Below are positions 8,557 to 20,900 of a stretch of 32,000 bases of DNA, in pieces (position 1 is the first letter of the stretch; each line of letters starts with the position of its first letter). This DNA comes from Candidatus Electronema halotolerans (GTDB lineage Bacteria; Desulfobacterota; Desulfobulbia; Desulfobulbales; Desulfobulbaceae). The notes under the pieces are model-generated. The model searched no databases, was not told the DNA's origin, and saw nothing but the letters and a program-made list of their open reading frames with translations. The DNA lies in assembly GCA_942493095.1 (NCBI GenBank), contig OW818675.1:1500001-1532000 (forward strand), given 5' to 3'. Both the position numbers and the translations under genes were made by a program.

Positions 8557-8856
8557 TTAATTGACTGCCGCCACTATCAGCCCTGCTTCCGCCAGTCCAT
8601 CAGCAATCTCCAGCATGTCCGCCTCAATCACTGCTGCCGGGGCATCGTACTGCTGCTCCAGCATGGAGCCGATTGCCGCCAGTGAGCGGCTGCCGTCCAA
8701 GGCCTGCCAGATGAAGGCCCCGGTCTCATTGAGCGTGTAGAGGTTATCCATTGAGGCCAGTTCGCCGGAAATCGGCACCAGCAGGGTTTCATCCATCACC
8801 TTGCGGGTGACTATGTTCTCGGCCTGCCGGAAGACATCAGACAACTGCGCACTCAT
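8557..8856 (-). CDS. PqqD-like peptide-binding (RRE) protein
   Basis: MSAQLSDVFRQAENIVTRKVMDETLLVPISGELASMDNLYTLNETGAFIWQALDGSRSLAAIGSMLEQQYDAPAAVIEADMLEIADGLAEAGLI. Typical PqqD-like winged-helix pattern (LNETGAFIWQALDG). A TTG start at 8922 would extend it to overlap the giant gene. Confidence 0.85.
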   Translation of the reverse strand: MSAQLSDVFRQAENIVTRKVMDETLLVPISGELASMDNLYTLNETGAFIWQALDGSRSLAAIGSMLEQQYDAPAAVIEADMLEIADGLAEAGLIVAAVN

Positions 8857-8918
8857 GTTCTCGCACCTCATGCTCTTTGAATCGCCCCGGACACGTTCGC
8901 ATCCGGGGTGAGAATCGC

Positions 8919-11900
8919 TCAATGTTCTGCCGGAACTGGCACCAAGGCTGCCGGATCGCCGAGCAGGTTGTAGATGTCCAGCGTATATGGCATTGCCCCT
9001 TGCTCTGCATACTGCTGCTTGGCCCGCAGCACGGCATCGCCGATCCTGCCAACTGCCGGATCGCTCAGGCTACTATAGAACCCGTCTGCCATTATATCCG
9101 CAAGATAGTTGTATGACAAGCCTGTTGCGCCAAAAAATCCAACCGCAGCTCCATTTTCTTTCAGCACCGCGCTTTCACCGATGCTGTTCATGGGAGGATA
9201 GCCAAAGCTGGCGGACGAACAGCTCATGCTGACCATCAGCATGGGCTGGCTGAGATCGTTCATTGCTGCAATTTCATCAGCAGTCAGCAGCTTGCCGGTC
9301 CGTCCATATTTGATCAAAGAGCTGTGGCCAATGTAGTGCAGGATGCCGCCGCCCTGCTGGAATGCGTTGACCACTTTGCTGTTTGTTCCGCTCTCGCCAA
9401 GCGTGTCAACGGCAATCTGCTCCACTGTGAGGCCGTTTGGCACCAGCGCAGCCACCTTGTCAGCACTGGCTTGGAAATTGCCTGCGGCTGGGTCGGATTT
9501 ATCGACAACTATCGACAATGCGCCGCCCTGCCCTGCTGTCTGCTCATAAGCAATCAGCTTGTCAGTATAGGCAGAAAACTCCTCATTGTCGATCACTGGA
9601 ATTCGGCCAATGGCAAATTCCGGCACTTTATCATCACCGACCACATCCGCCAGCGCATTGTCGCTGGGGAAATACCCCTCCGGCGTGGCGGTCAGCACAG
9701 TTGGCACCAGCGGCCAGCCTGCGCCGAGATAGTTTTTATAGTCATAGGAGCCATCGCCAACCAGAACCACATAGTGCGGCACCTTGGCCCAGTTTTCATG
9801 AACGTAGGCGAGGAAGTCGCGCACTGCCTCCGGCGCGGCCAGACTGTCGCTGAACTCATCCTGCACATCGTCAATATCAACGACCATTGTCTCCAGTCCC
9901 TGTGTCTCGCGGTATTCTGCCAATCGCCGGGCCTCGTCCATCAAATGCAGCGGGCTTATGAGCAGATAATCAGCTCTGTTGCGCGCATCATGCAGGCTTG
10001 ACGGCGTGTCAGCGGTCAGTTCGCCGGACACAGTTGCCGTGATGTTTTCGGTGAGGAAATAGCGGTGCTCGGCTTGGACTGGCACTGTGACCGTGTATGC
10101 GCCCTCCCCTTCCTCTTCGACAGTCGGATAAATGCGCACCGGTTCATTCGGGTCAGTGATGTCCAAAGCCAAGACGGTGCGGGAGCTGAAGCCTGCCACA
10201 GTCATGCTGCTGTCCTCGCTGCTGGAGAAGGTCAGTTCGCCGTTCACGGCCTGAGCCAGCCGCTGATATTCGAGATCAATCGAGTCAAGATAAATCAGCG
10301 AATAGTTCACGCCGCTGTTCAGGGCAGAGACAATTTTCAGCTCATTGCCGCTGTCTTTAAGCAAATCTGCAGAGACTTCCTCGCTGATCTGCCAGTCACC
10401 GGTTTCACTGCTTTCTGCTGTGCCAAGCTCGGTGCCATTCAAAGAAAGGGAGACTTTGTATGGCGCAGTCTGACTGCTGGAGCTGCTGGAGATATTGACC
10501 AGATTGACTGTGACACGGGCCGTGCCTTCACCAGTCAGATCAGGTGCGGACACTGGATGAGCAACAGAAGCATTACCCTTCTTGGATGCCATCAGATATT
10601 CCCATGCCCAGAAATCATGCACCGGCTTGTTGATGTACAGATGGAACGGCATGTGATTTTCTTCCGTTCTCACCTGCGCGGTGAAGGATTGCAAATTATC
10701 CGCCTTCTTCTCAGCCCGTTTGTGGCTGTTCTTTATCTCAGCTCCTTTTGTCTTGCCCAGATCAAGGAGATAGATGTTCTGGCCAATGTCGTTCCGCTCC
10801 GGCGCATACCCATAGAACCAGAGGGCCGAGCCAACTGCTGAGGAGAGCACTGAGACAGGCTCGCCTGCCAAGGTCAGAGACAGCTTGCCGTTCTTCAGAT
10901 GCCGTGTGACCTCAGCTTTGCGCAGACCGGAAGCTGCTGCCAGCTCGTCGGCAGTCAGATAGACCAGCCCATCCTTGCTGACCGGCACTTTGACCGTGTC
11001 GCCGGTTTTACGTTTTTTCTCCGCTGCCAAACTGCGGGCCGCTTGTTTATGGGCGGCAAAGCGGCTGATCTGTTTGGCGGAGAAATCAGCCTGCGCCAAG
11101 GTGAAGCCAGCCGGGCCGTCAGCGAACATCTGCCGGTTGATTGGTAGAGGCTGTTTCGGCGTGACCGTGTAAGGCCCGTTGACCATGCCGTCACCGTTGA
11201 CTGTCACTTCCTGCACACGATAAACGTGCTGCTGATTCGGCTTTGCTGACGGATCAACAAAGCGGTAGCTTCCGCCCTGCGGCGGCAGGAGCATTCCCGG
11301 CAGCAGCTCAGAAACCGTCTCAAACGCGCCGGTCTGCTCGTTCAGCCGTTCGAGCAGAAAGCCGATGGTGCCAACTTCGCTGTCGGTTTTCCACTCCAGC
11401 ACGGTCTGGTTGTCATCGTTGATGTATGCCTTGAACGAGCTGATCAGGGCGTAGGTTGGAACTAGTGGAGCCAAACCGAAATTTTTTCCAGCGATACTGG
11501 AGCCACTGGAAACTTCGGCTGAAAGAACCGGAATATCAGGTGTGGTCAGAGACAAGCCGTCTAAGGCGCTACCGCTGATTTCAACCAGATACTTGCCGTC
11601 AGGCAGATTGGTGAAAAAATAGTTGCTGTCAGAGGCACTGCTGGTTGTTGCAGTCTGCAAAAACTGATCGCTGCTGTCGAGCTTGCCGTCACCGTTCTGA
11701 TCAAGATAGAGAGTGACAGTCACACCTGCTATTGGACTTTCGTCAGCATCTATATCCTTACCTTTATCATCATCGCTCCATACCAAGCCGCTGATCAAAC
11801 CGCTGCCAGTCTTAGTTTTGAAACCGAAGTCAATATTGCTGACTGAGGTGGCTCCCAGCGTGACTGCTGTCGGGCTTGGTGTAGTTGTAGCTGTGAAACT

Positions 11901-14900
11901 ATTCAGCTCACCGTTGCTGTTAGGCAGTTTGACGACGTACTTGCCCGCAGACAGACCGCTGAAGTTGTAGAGACCGTCCGAGTCGGTGGTTTCTGTTCTG
12001 ATCGGTGACGAACCGCTGTCAATGTTGCCGTCTCCGTCGCTGTCTAAATACAGTTCCACTTCCACGCCGCTCATGCCCGGCTCGCCATCATCTTGAATGC
12101 CGTCGTCGTTCAAATCCAGCCAGACCCGGTCGCCGATGCTCAGGCTTTTGGGTGGTTGATAGCCGAAGTCAGCATTGTCAACATCACCGGTCAAATTTAT
12201 GGCAAAGGTGTTGCTGCCTGAAGTTGCAGTTCTGCCGTCCAAAATGCCGCTGCGGTCTGTCACCCGCACTTCGTAGTTTGCGCCGCCTTGGGCCACGTTG
12301 AATAAATATGCGCCATTCGTGCCGGTGGTAGTGGTGGCGACAGGAATGTCGTTCCGATACAGATCAACTGTCACTCCGGCAATGCCAGCCTCGCCTGCGT
12401 TCTGCGTCTTGTCACCATTACTGTCTTCCCAGATCAGATCGCCAATGGTGTAGCCGGTGCCACTGGTCAGCTTGAGACCGAAATCGGCAGAGAGAACATC
12501 AATTCCGTCAGGAACGGTTACGTCTTTGCTTGTTGGACCGCCATTGCTGACCTCCATGTCGGTCGGCAGTGTAACTGCAACAGTATAATCACCTGCATCA
12601 ACCGGTGCCAGATAATGACCTGCGGCATCAGTGGTAACTGTTATCGGAGTACCGCCGCCTGATGGCGTGATGGTTACTGTCACGCCATCAAGACCCGCTT
12701 CACCTGGATCCTGCACACCATTGTTATTGGCATCAAACCAGACCGTGTCGCCGATCAGCGGCTTTTCGCCAACGTAACCGAAATCAAGGTTGTCAATGAC
12801 CTGACCGGCTGTGACAGTGATCATGCCGCCGCCTGCGCTGGCAGTTTTATCAGAGTCAAGAGTATCATCAACACCACTTTTGTCAGCTTCAGCAGCAGTC
12901 AAATTGGTTGGCGTGACCACATCCACCCAATAGTTGCCCGGAGGCAACCCGGCAAAGGAGTAATTGCCGTTGCCGTCGGTGACAACAGTTGCTACCAGCG
13001 TATCTCCAGTGCTGCTGAAACCGCTGACTCCATCATCACGGTAGATATTAACCGTCACGCCGCTCAGGCCGGGTTCGTTCAGGCTTTGAATGCCGTCCCG
13101 ATTCACATCTAACCAGACGCGGTCGCCGATGGTTGCGCCGCCGACGAAGCCGAAGTCGCGGGTTGTGTCAGTTTCACCTTTGACCAGACCAGTGACAATC
13201 TCACCTGCGGGATCATCAGCCTTGTTGTCACCAGCTTCTGTGGCTGGGTCAGCACCATCATTTGCTCCGTCTGTCGCTGGTGTATGCGTCGAAACCATGC
13301 CATCTATGCCGGGAACGGTGATGTTGAAGGTCGGCCCGTTGGTGCCGTCAGCACTGCTGTAATCTTCATCCAGCATGACGTTGTCGAAGCGGTAATTGCC
13401 GTCCGCATCTGTCATGGTGGTCATGGTCACTGTTCCGCTGCTGTTCGGATATGTGATGGTCAGCACCACCGGATAATGCGCCAGCTTCGTTTCGCCGCTG
13501 TCTAACGTGCCGTTGTTGTTGACATCGCTCCAGAGGGTGCCGCCAAAGGTCGTGCTGTCCTTGTAGTAGCCGAAATCAGCCGTGTTATTATTTGGCTGGC
13601 TGCCGCCGACAGTGACGCTGTAGCCGCCGCTTATTTGGCTGTTGTTGTCATCGCCCGGATTGGAGCCAACAGAATGCCACCAGCCGGTGAGCTGGCCAGC
13701 TTCATCTGTCACTTCAACGGTGTAGGTGCCGTCCGGCAGATTTTTGAATATATAGCTACCGACCGGTTCAGCAGCACCATCACCGTCAAGATCGGCGGGG
13801 GTACTGATAGTTGTTGTCGAAGCAATAATATTGCCGGTTGTTTTGTCACGCAGAACAACTGTGCTCCCGGCGATGCCTTTTCCGGTTTCATTCAGCGTTC
13901 CGTCCGCATTGACATCATTCCAAATGGTGCCGGAAACGGTGTTAGCACCTGTGTATCCGAAGTTCTGGGTCAGATTTGGCTGCACTGCGCCGCTGCCATC
14001 AGCAGTCAGCGTGACAACGGATTTGCTGTCGCCGTCGCCGTTCGGATCAACAGTATTGGTCAGACCGTCGCCGCTATTGGGCAGCGAGGTTGTCTTAACC
14101 CGCACTTCATAATTGCCCGCAGGCAGATTGCCGAACTGATACTGGCCGTTCTCGTCGGTCTGGGTGACAGCTACCAGTGCGCCATCTTGATACAGACTGA
14201 CGGCAACACCTTCCAAACCTTCGCCCGGATTGTAATCGCCGCTGTTATCACGATCCAAGAAGATCGTGCTGCCGATCATGCCTTTGCCAGCCGTTTGTCC
14301 TTTCGGCGTGTAGCCAAAGTTCACGTTGGTCACTGCGCCCGATACATTTACAGCAGTTTCGTTATTCAACGTGCTGTCAGGATCGCCGCTCTGCACAACC
14401 TCGCCAAGGACGTTCTGCGTGTCGGTGACAACGACTTTGTAACCGCTGCCGGTTGGCACGCCGCTGAAGTTATATTTGCCATCTTTGTCTGTGACAGTAG
14501 TAGCGATGATCTTGCCGGAAGCATCTTTCAACACCACGGTCACGCCGGGGATGCCAGTGTCGCCGCCGTTCAGGACGTTGTCGCCAGGGTCGCCGCAGAC
14601 AGTGTTTCCGCCCGCCAAGGCGCAGGCATCGGCATTGACATCACGATACACCGTGCCGGTGACGCTGCCGCTGCTGGCTGGTTTGTAGCCGAAATCGCCT
14701 TGCAGATAGACATCGCCCGGTGCAAGAATGATGGGCGAGGTTGTCTTGTTGTCGCCTGAAATAGCGGTAACACCCGGTTGATCAGGATCGCCGGTCTGGG
14801 TGGTTTCTGCCGGAGGAGTGACCTCAACGACATAGCTGCCTGCGCTGACGTTTGTGAAGATGTAATTGCCTGCGCTGTCAGTGGTGGTCGTTGTTGGGGT

Positions 14901-17900
14901 GTTGTCGCCAGCACCGCCATACACACCATCGCCGTTGTCGTCAGTGAGCAACTTGACAGTCACGCCGCTGAGGCCCGGCTCGCCGGGATTCTGCACGCCG
15001 TCACCGTTCGCATCGCTCCAGATGCGGTTGCCAATGGCACCGGTGTCTCCAGCTCCGGGACTCGTTGTGACTGTCGGAGCAACCCAGTTGTAGCCAAAAT
15101 CAGCGGTCATGTACTCTTCGCCACCGCTGACGGTGACACTCGCTGTGTTGTCAGCACCTCCGTCCTCATCGTATGTGGGATTGGCCGCCAAGCCCGCAGG
15201 CAGGGTGGAGGTGTCCACTTTGACGGAATAGGTACCTGCCGGAACATCTTTGAGCAGATAGTTGCCGTTACTGTCAGTCACAGCCTGTGTGTCTCCGGCA
15301 GAGTATCCCAGAGTGTCGTCATCATCAATATATACAGTCACTCCGGCAATACCATCCTCACCCGCATCCTGTTTGCCATCTCCGTTCTCATCTAACCATA
15401 CACGGTCGCCGATGGCGCTTTTGGCTGCCGGCAGCGGGAATTGAATATCTTCAACCTCGCCGTTTGTGGCTGTGCCTTTGTAGGCCAGCTCCGGCACTGC
15501 CGGTTTTTCCGGGAAGAGGCGGAAGCGGGCATAGCCTTGGGAAACATCGAAGGTGCCGTCAGGAATGTCGAACTTGACGGTTGAATTGCCGGTTGTCACA
15601 GCTTGGCTGATGATCATTTCGCCTGCGCCGCTGAAGGTGCCGTCACCGTCAAAGTCAAACCATGCGACTAACCAGCCGCTGCCGGTGACATTTACCGTGA
15701 CGCTGCCGCCGTCGCCGTCCACGACCGCTCCTTCTGTCCATGTGCCAACTGCGGTGATACCGTCGTTGCTGTCTAACTCTGCATTTGCAGAAGGCTGGCC
15801 GTTGTTTTCAGTGTCAGGTTTGTCTCCGATGTACAAATTAATGTCATCTGAGTTTGCCGGGACAATGTGACGCGGGCCGTTGTCTTCGGCAAGAGTGCTG
15901 TATGATGCAGGCGCATCGCCGTAGTCGTAATTGACTGTGGATTTATAGGCGAAATCGTAGCCGGTGTTTGTGGTTTCAGCACCATTCTTGATATCGGTCT
16001 TATCTGCCTGATATGCGCCGATACTCGTCACCACCAGACTGTCCGCAGGAACAACACCGTCGGTTGTGGTCAATTGGAGATAATCGCCCGGTGTGCTGGT
16101 GCTGATCACATAGCCTTCATTTGCACCCAGCTCAGGCAGTTTGTCAAAGCTGTAGTCGCCATTGCTGTTGGTCGTTGTGCTTTGCAGCAGCGCGGTTTCG
16201 CCGGAATCCACAACGCCGTCGTTGTCCGCATCAATCCACTTGTAGATATAGACCGGCACGCCGCTGAAGGCGGTTTCGCCAGTTGTCACGCCGCTGTCCT
16301 GTCCGCTGGCACCGCACACGCCATCGCCGCCGGTGGACGGCTCTTGACAGATGGTGCCGCTCAAGCTGTTATTCAGATTGGCGTACTGATAGCCGAAGTC
16401 AATATCAGTTATGATATTGCTTGCGGCAGTGATGGTAACGGTGGTTTGATTATCACCGCCGCCGTCTTTATCATAGATTAGCTGCAAACCGGAAGACGGG
16501 CTGCCGGGCACAGCTACTGTGTATGTTGCATTAGACAAATTCGCGAACGAATACTGACCATTGCTGTCAGTCACCGCCGTGTCGATTGTAGCTCCGCCTG
16601 AATTCTTCAACGTGACTGTCACGCCTGCCAGCGGTGGCTCGCCGGGGTCAAACTGGCCGTCGCCGTCAGTGTCAATCCAGAGCTGATCGCCGATCACGCC
16701 GGAAGGCTGATAGCCGAAGTCCGCGCCCATAAAGCTGGTGCCGTAAAGCACATTCACTGCCTTCTGACCGTCGCAGACCGTGCCGGTTCCTGCTGCGGGG
16801 CAGACCGCGCCGTCCGCATCAGGGTCAGCGGTCAGGGCAGGATTGCCGGGGGGGGAGCTGACTACAACCACATAATTATCTGGCGGCAGATTGCTGAACA
16901 GGTAGCGGCCATCTGCATCTGTGGTGTCCGTGGCATATTCAGTGTCACCAGCATCATAGATACCATTTCCGTTGACATCTTTATACAACGTAACTGTAAC
17001 GCCGGAGATGCCCTCTTCGCTCAGGTCATAATCGCCGTTGCCGTTGGCATCCCAGTAAATGGTGTCGCCGATTGCGCCGTAGGCGGCAAAGCCAAAGTCC
17101 TTGTCCAAGGCTTTCTCGCCGACTGCCAAGGCGACATCATAGCTGGTATTAGTGGTTTCGGTGTACGGGTTGCCAAAGGCATCTGTAGGCAAGTCTGGAT
17201 CAGTATCGCTGACAACAACTCGGTAGTTTCCTTCCGGCAGATTGTTGAACAGATAGGAGCCGGGCGGGTCAAGGATGTTGTCGCCGTCAAGGTCAACCGT
17301 GCCGTCTGAAGTGACCGTTGTTTGCAGGGTAACATAATTACCGTCGCCGTTCGGGTCCCATTCCAGCGTAACCGTCACGCCGGGGATGCCGGTCTCTTGG
17401 CCGCCGTCCTGCACGCCGTCGCCGTCAATGTCTTTCCAGACAAAGTTGCCGATGCTGCCGGTACCTTTGGGCTGGTAGCCGAAGTCAACATTGAGATAGG
17501 AGCTGGTGCCGTCAACACTGACCTTGCCTAATGCGTTGCAAGTCACGCAGGTGCCGGTTTCATCCGGGTCGCCGGTCTGGCTGACTGTGCCGGTCAGGTC
17601 AGATTCATCGACTTTGACAATGTAATTACCTGCGGGCAGGTTGGAAAAGAGATATTTGCCGTTTGTGTCAGTGTCAACGGTCGCAACCAGCGCGTCTGTG
17701 AGCGGATCAACAACACCGTCGCCATTGCTGTCCTCGTAAAGATTGACCGTGATGCTGGGAATGCCTTCATCAGTGGCATCTTGGATGCCGTCCCCATCGA
17801 AATCATAGAAAATGGTGTCGCCAATGCTGGAACCGCCCGCCTGATGGAAGCCAAAATCATGCGAACCAGTGATGACACCTGCGCCAATATTGTTGATCTG

Positions 17901-20900
17901 AATGGCGTTGGTGACAGAGCCGTCAGATTCCGCAGTCTCCGTCCACGTTCCGCCTGACGGCAGCGTGCTGGCATCCACAGAAACCTGATACGTGCGGCCT
18001 GCGGTCAATCCTGTCTGGAATCGGTAGTTGCCGCTGGCATCGGTATAAACTGAAGCGGCAGGTGTAGCCAGCTCCGCTGCGGAGCATACTGTATCAGTTC
18101 CGCAATCATACAGATTAACTTTCACATACGAGCTGCCATTGCCGGGTATGCCATTTTCTCCGCTGTCCCGGCTGCCGTCACCGTCGCCGTCATTCCAGAT
18201 ATTTCCAAAAATCACCGGGCTGGTGAGGGTGTAGCCGAAGTTGACGTTGGTTCGATCTTCGTTGCCGCTGCTGATGTAACTGAGCAGATCACGCAAGTCT
18301 GTCGTTGTCTCGTTAAAACCGTTCACCGCCCAAATGTTGTCACAGTTGCTTCCGCATGTGCCACTGGTGACGTTCGGGTCCCCTGTTTGGGAAGCAGTTG
18401 TAGACAAAGTATCTTTGAGTGCTTTGACATAGTAATACCCATCTGGCAGTCCTTCAAACTTATAGCTGCCATCAATTGCAGTGACTTGAGCGGCTGCAAG
18501 TGTCCAAGTTCCGCCTTTATCCACACACTCAATATTGTTTCCGGGGGAATCGGCAGGGCTAACAGCCGGACTGCCGTCTGCTTTGGCACAAAGATACAGT
18601 TCAACCGAGACCCCGGGAATTTTATTGTCAAAAGCTTCATAGCCGTTTGTGTCGACCCAGCCGTTGGAGCCACCGCTGCCCTCCGTCCAGACCACGCCGG
18701 AAATGGAGCCGGTCGCCTCCATTGGTACTGTTTTAGTGTCAGACACTGGCGTATTGGCGGCACTGCCGTCAGCAAATTTTGCATTTGCGGATGTGGCGGT
18801 GTTGACAACACTGCTATCAGTATCGCCGATCACTTTGTAGGTTACAGAAATAGCCGTACTCTGTCCCGGCTCAAGCGGGCCGACATTGCTCCATGTCAGC
18901 TTGCCGCCAGCAGTTGAGGTCGGAGGAGGCTCTGCGGAAACAAATTGCAGCTTGGTTTCGTCATAATCATCCTCCAGCGGCACCGGATTGAGCGTGGTTG
19001 CCGCAGAAGTCACGCAAGGCTGATCTGTAGTGATACGGTAGCCAAAACCATCAACATACAAAAAGTTACCGTCAGCAGCAGCAGTCTTTGCGGCTTCGAG
19101 TTTAAGCTCCAAATCTCCTGCAAAATCGCTCCAATTCCAAGTCCGTGCACCGGTAACATCAACATAAAAGAGCGTTTCATTGGCTTTGCCAATATGACTG
19201 TTAAGTGTTGCATTCGTGATCTGATATGTTGTTGCCGCTGCCGCGTTGTTGAAATAAATCGTAAACAGGCTATAATCGTCAGCTACAGCAGCACTGAGAT
19301 ATCCCTGCGCAATCGCTTCAACCTTGATGATGTTTCCTGACGGCTGGCCAAGACTGTTGAATCCTCCGCCATATATCTCTTGATTAGAACCGCCCTCCCA
19401 CACTCCTGTGCCGTACACACCATCCGGGCCAGTTGCACCGAACAAGTTTGATGAATCAACGAAAGCCTTCAATGGAATTGTTGACTCAACAGAAGCCCAA
19501 GCATTATACACGCAGCCACCTGCTTCATTTGGAGTGCCTTCCGGCGGCAGCTGATTCTTCACTTGAATCTGATACGTCGCTGTCCGGCCTTCATAAATCG
19601 GCGAAGAGCTGGTCAGCGTCTTGGTCACGCCCAGCGGCGGCAGAAAGCCAAAATCAATGCCGGTTATGTTCGCGGTCGTGATCTTGGCAACTTTTTCAGT
19701 GTCTGTAGTCGGCGCAGCGCCGGAAGTCAAATTAACGTCAGATTTGTCCACCACGACAATAAATTGCTGCGCAGGCAGATTGGTGAAGCTGTATCCGCTG
19801 GCGGCGGTGGCATCTGTCGTTTTCCAGAGAATATCGCCGGAATCAAGTTTGCCATCATCATTGGCATCATAATACAGAGAGACGGTGATTGCTCCAGGTT
19901 CTCGCACTTCTCCTCCATCACGAAGTCCGTTGGCCTTGCCTCCCCCGCCAGTGCCATCATCGGTGAACACCTGCCCGCTGATAGAGTATGTTCCTTGAAT
20001 AGTCACATCCGCATCATCCTCAGCAAAGCAGGGGCCGGAACCCAATGCTGCGCAACCGGTGTTGGAAATGACCGGCTCGGTGTAGCCGGTGTTTGGCATT
20101 GTCGCCTTGAATTCCACCCTCATGGTGTTTTCATGCGCAGTGTCATCTGAAGTCAGCGGCTCATCAAGCCGCCACTCTATATATTTGACATCACTTGCCG
20201 TAGTTGGCTGAACATCCGTCCATGTCACACCATCTGTCGAATAGAGAATCACTCCGCTCTTGGTGACTCCATCGGCATTGGCAATAAATTTTGCCGAGTC
20301 AAGCTCGTACAAAGAACCATCTGGAACTTGCTCCCGGATGACCAGTGGCACACCCAGCTCAGGATTGCCGATGGAAAGGGTGTAGGGATTGTCTGACAGG
20401 TCTTTATAATCGTTCGGGTTGGTTACTTCCAGGGTGTAGATGACTGTGCCGCCAGTGGATGCAACGCTGGACGGGCTGGCTGTCTTGCCAATATACGCCA
20501 GCGGATTCCGGGTCATCATCGGCGGAATCGGCGCGCCATAGTCCGCCGAGAACTTCTCGTTGTCGCGGCCCGAAGCCACTTCCTGATACGGCGACAACGT
20601 GCCGGAACAGGTGCCGTTCAGAGCGACAAACTCATAAAACACCAAACCGACCACGCCGGTGTTGTCCGGGATGTTCTCAAAATAGAGCTGATCAGCAAAG
20701 GGAATCAGCTTCTCGCCGCCGTCCTTCAGCTTGACAATCAGCAGGCCGTAAGTGCGCACCATGCGGAAGCAGCCTGGGTCGTACAGTGACGGGTCGCCAA
20801 TGGGCTGCGCCCAGGCGTTCTGATCCGGCACCAAGTCGCCGTTGTTGTCAAAGCCTTGGTTCGCATTGCCAAAGTCATACCAAATGCCCTGCGTGCGCAC

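Noticed and set aside
13635-14759. Plus-strand 374-aa ORF and many other plus-strand ORFs in 9-21 kb
   Set aside because: All lie opposite the giant repeat protein. Their shared words reflect the antisense of the SdrD_B repeats.
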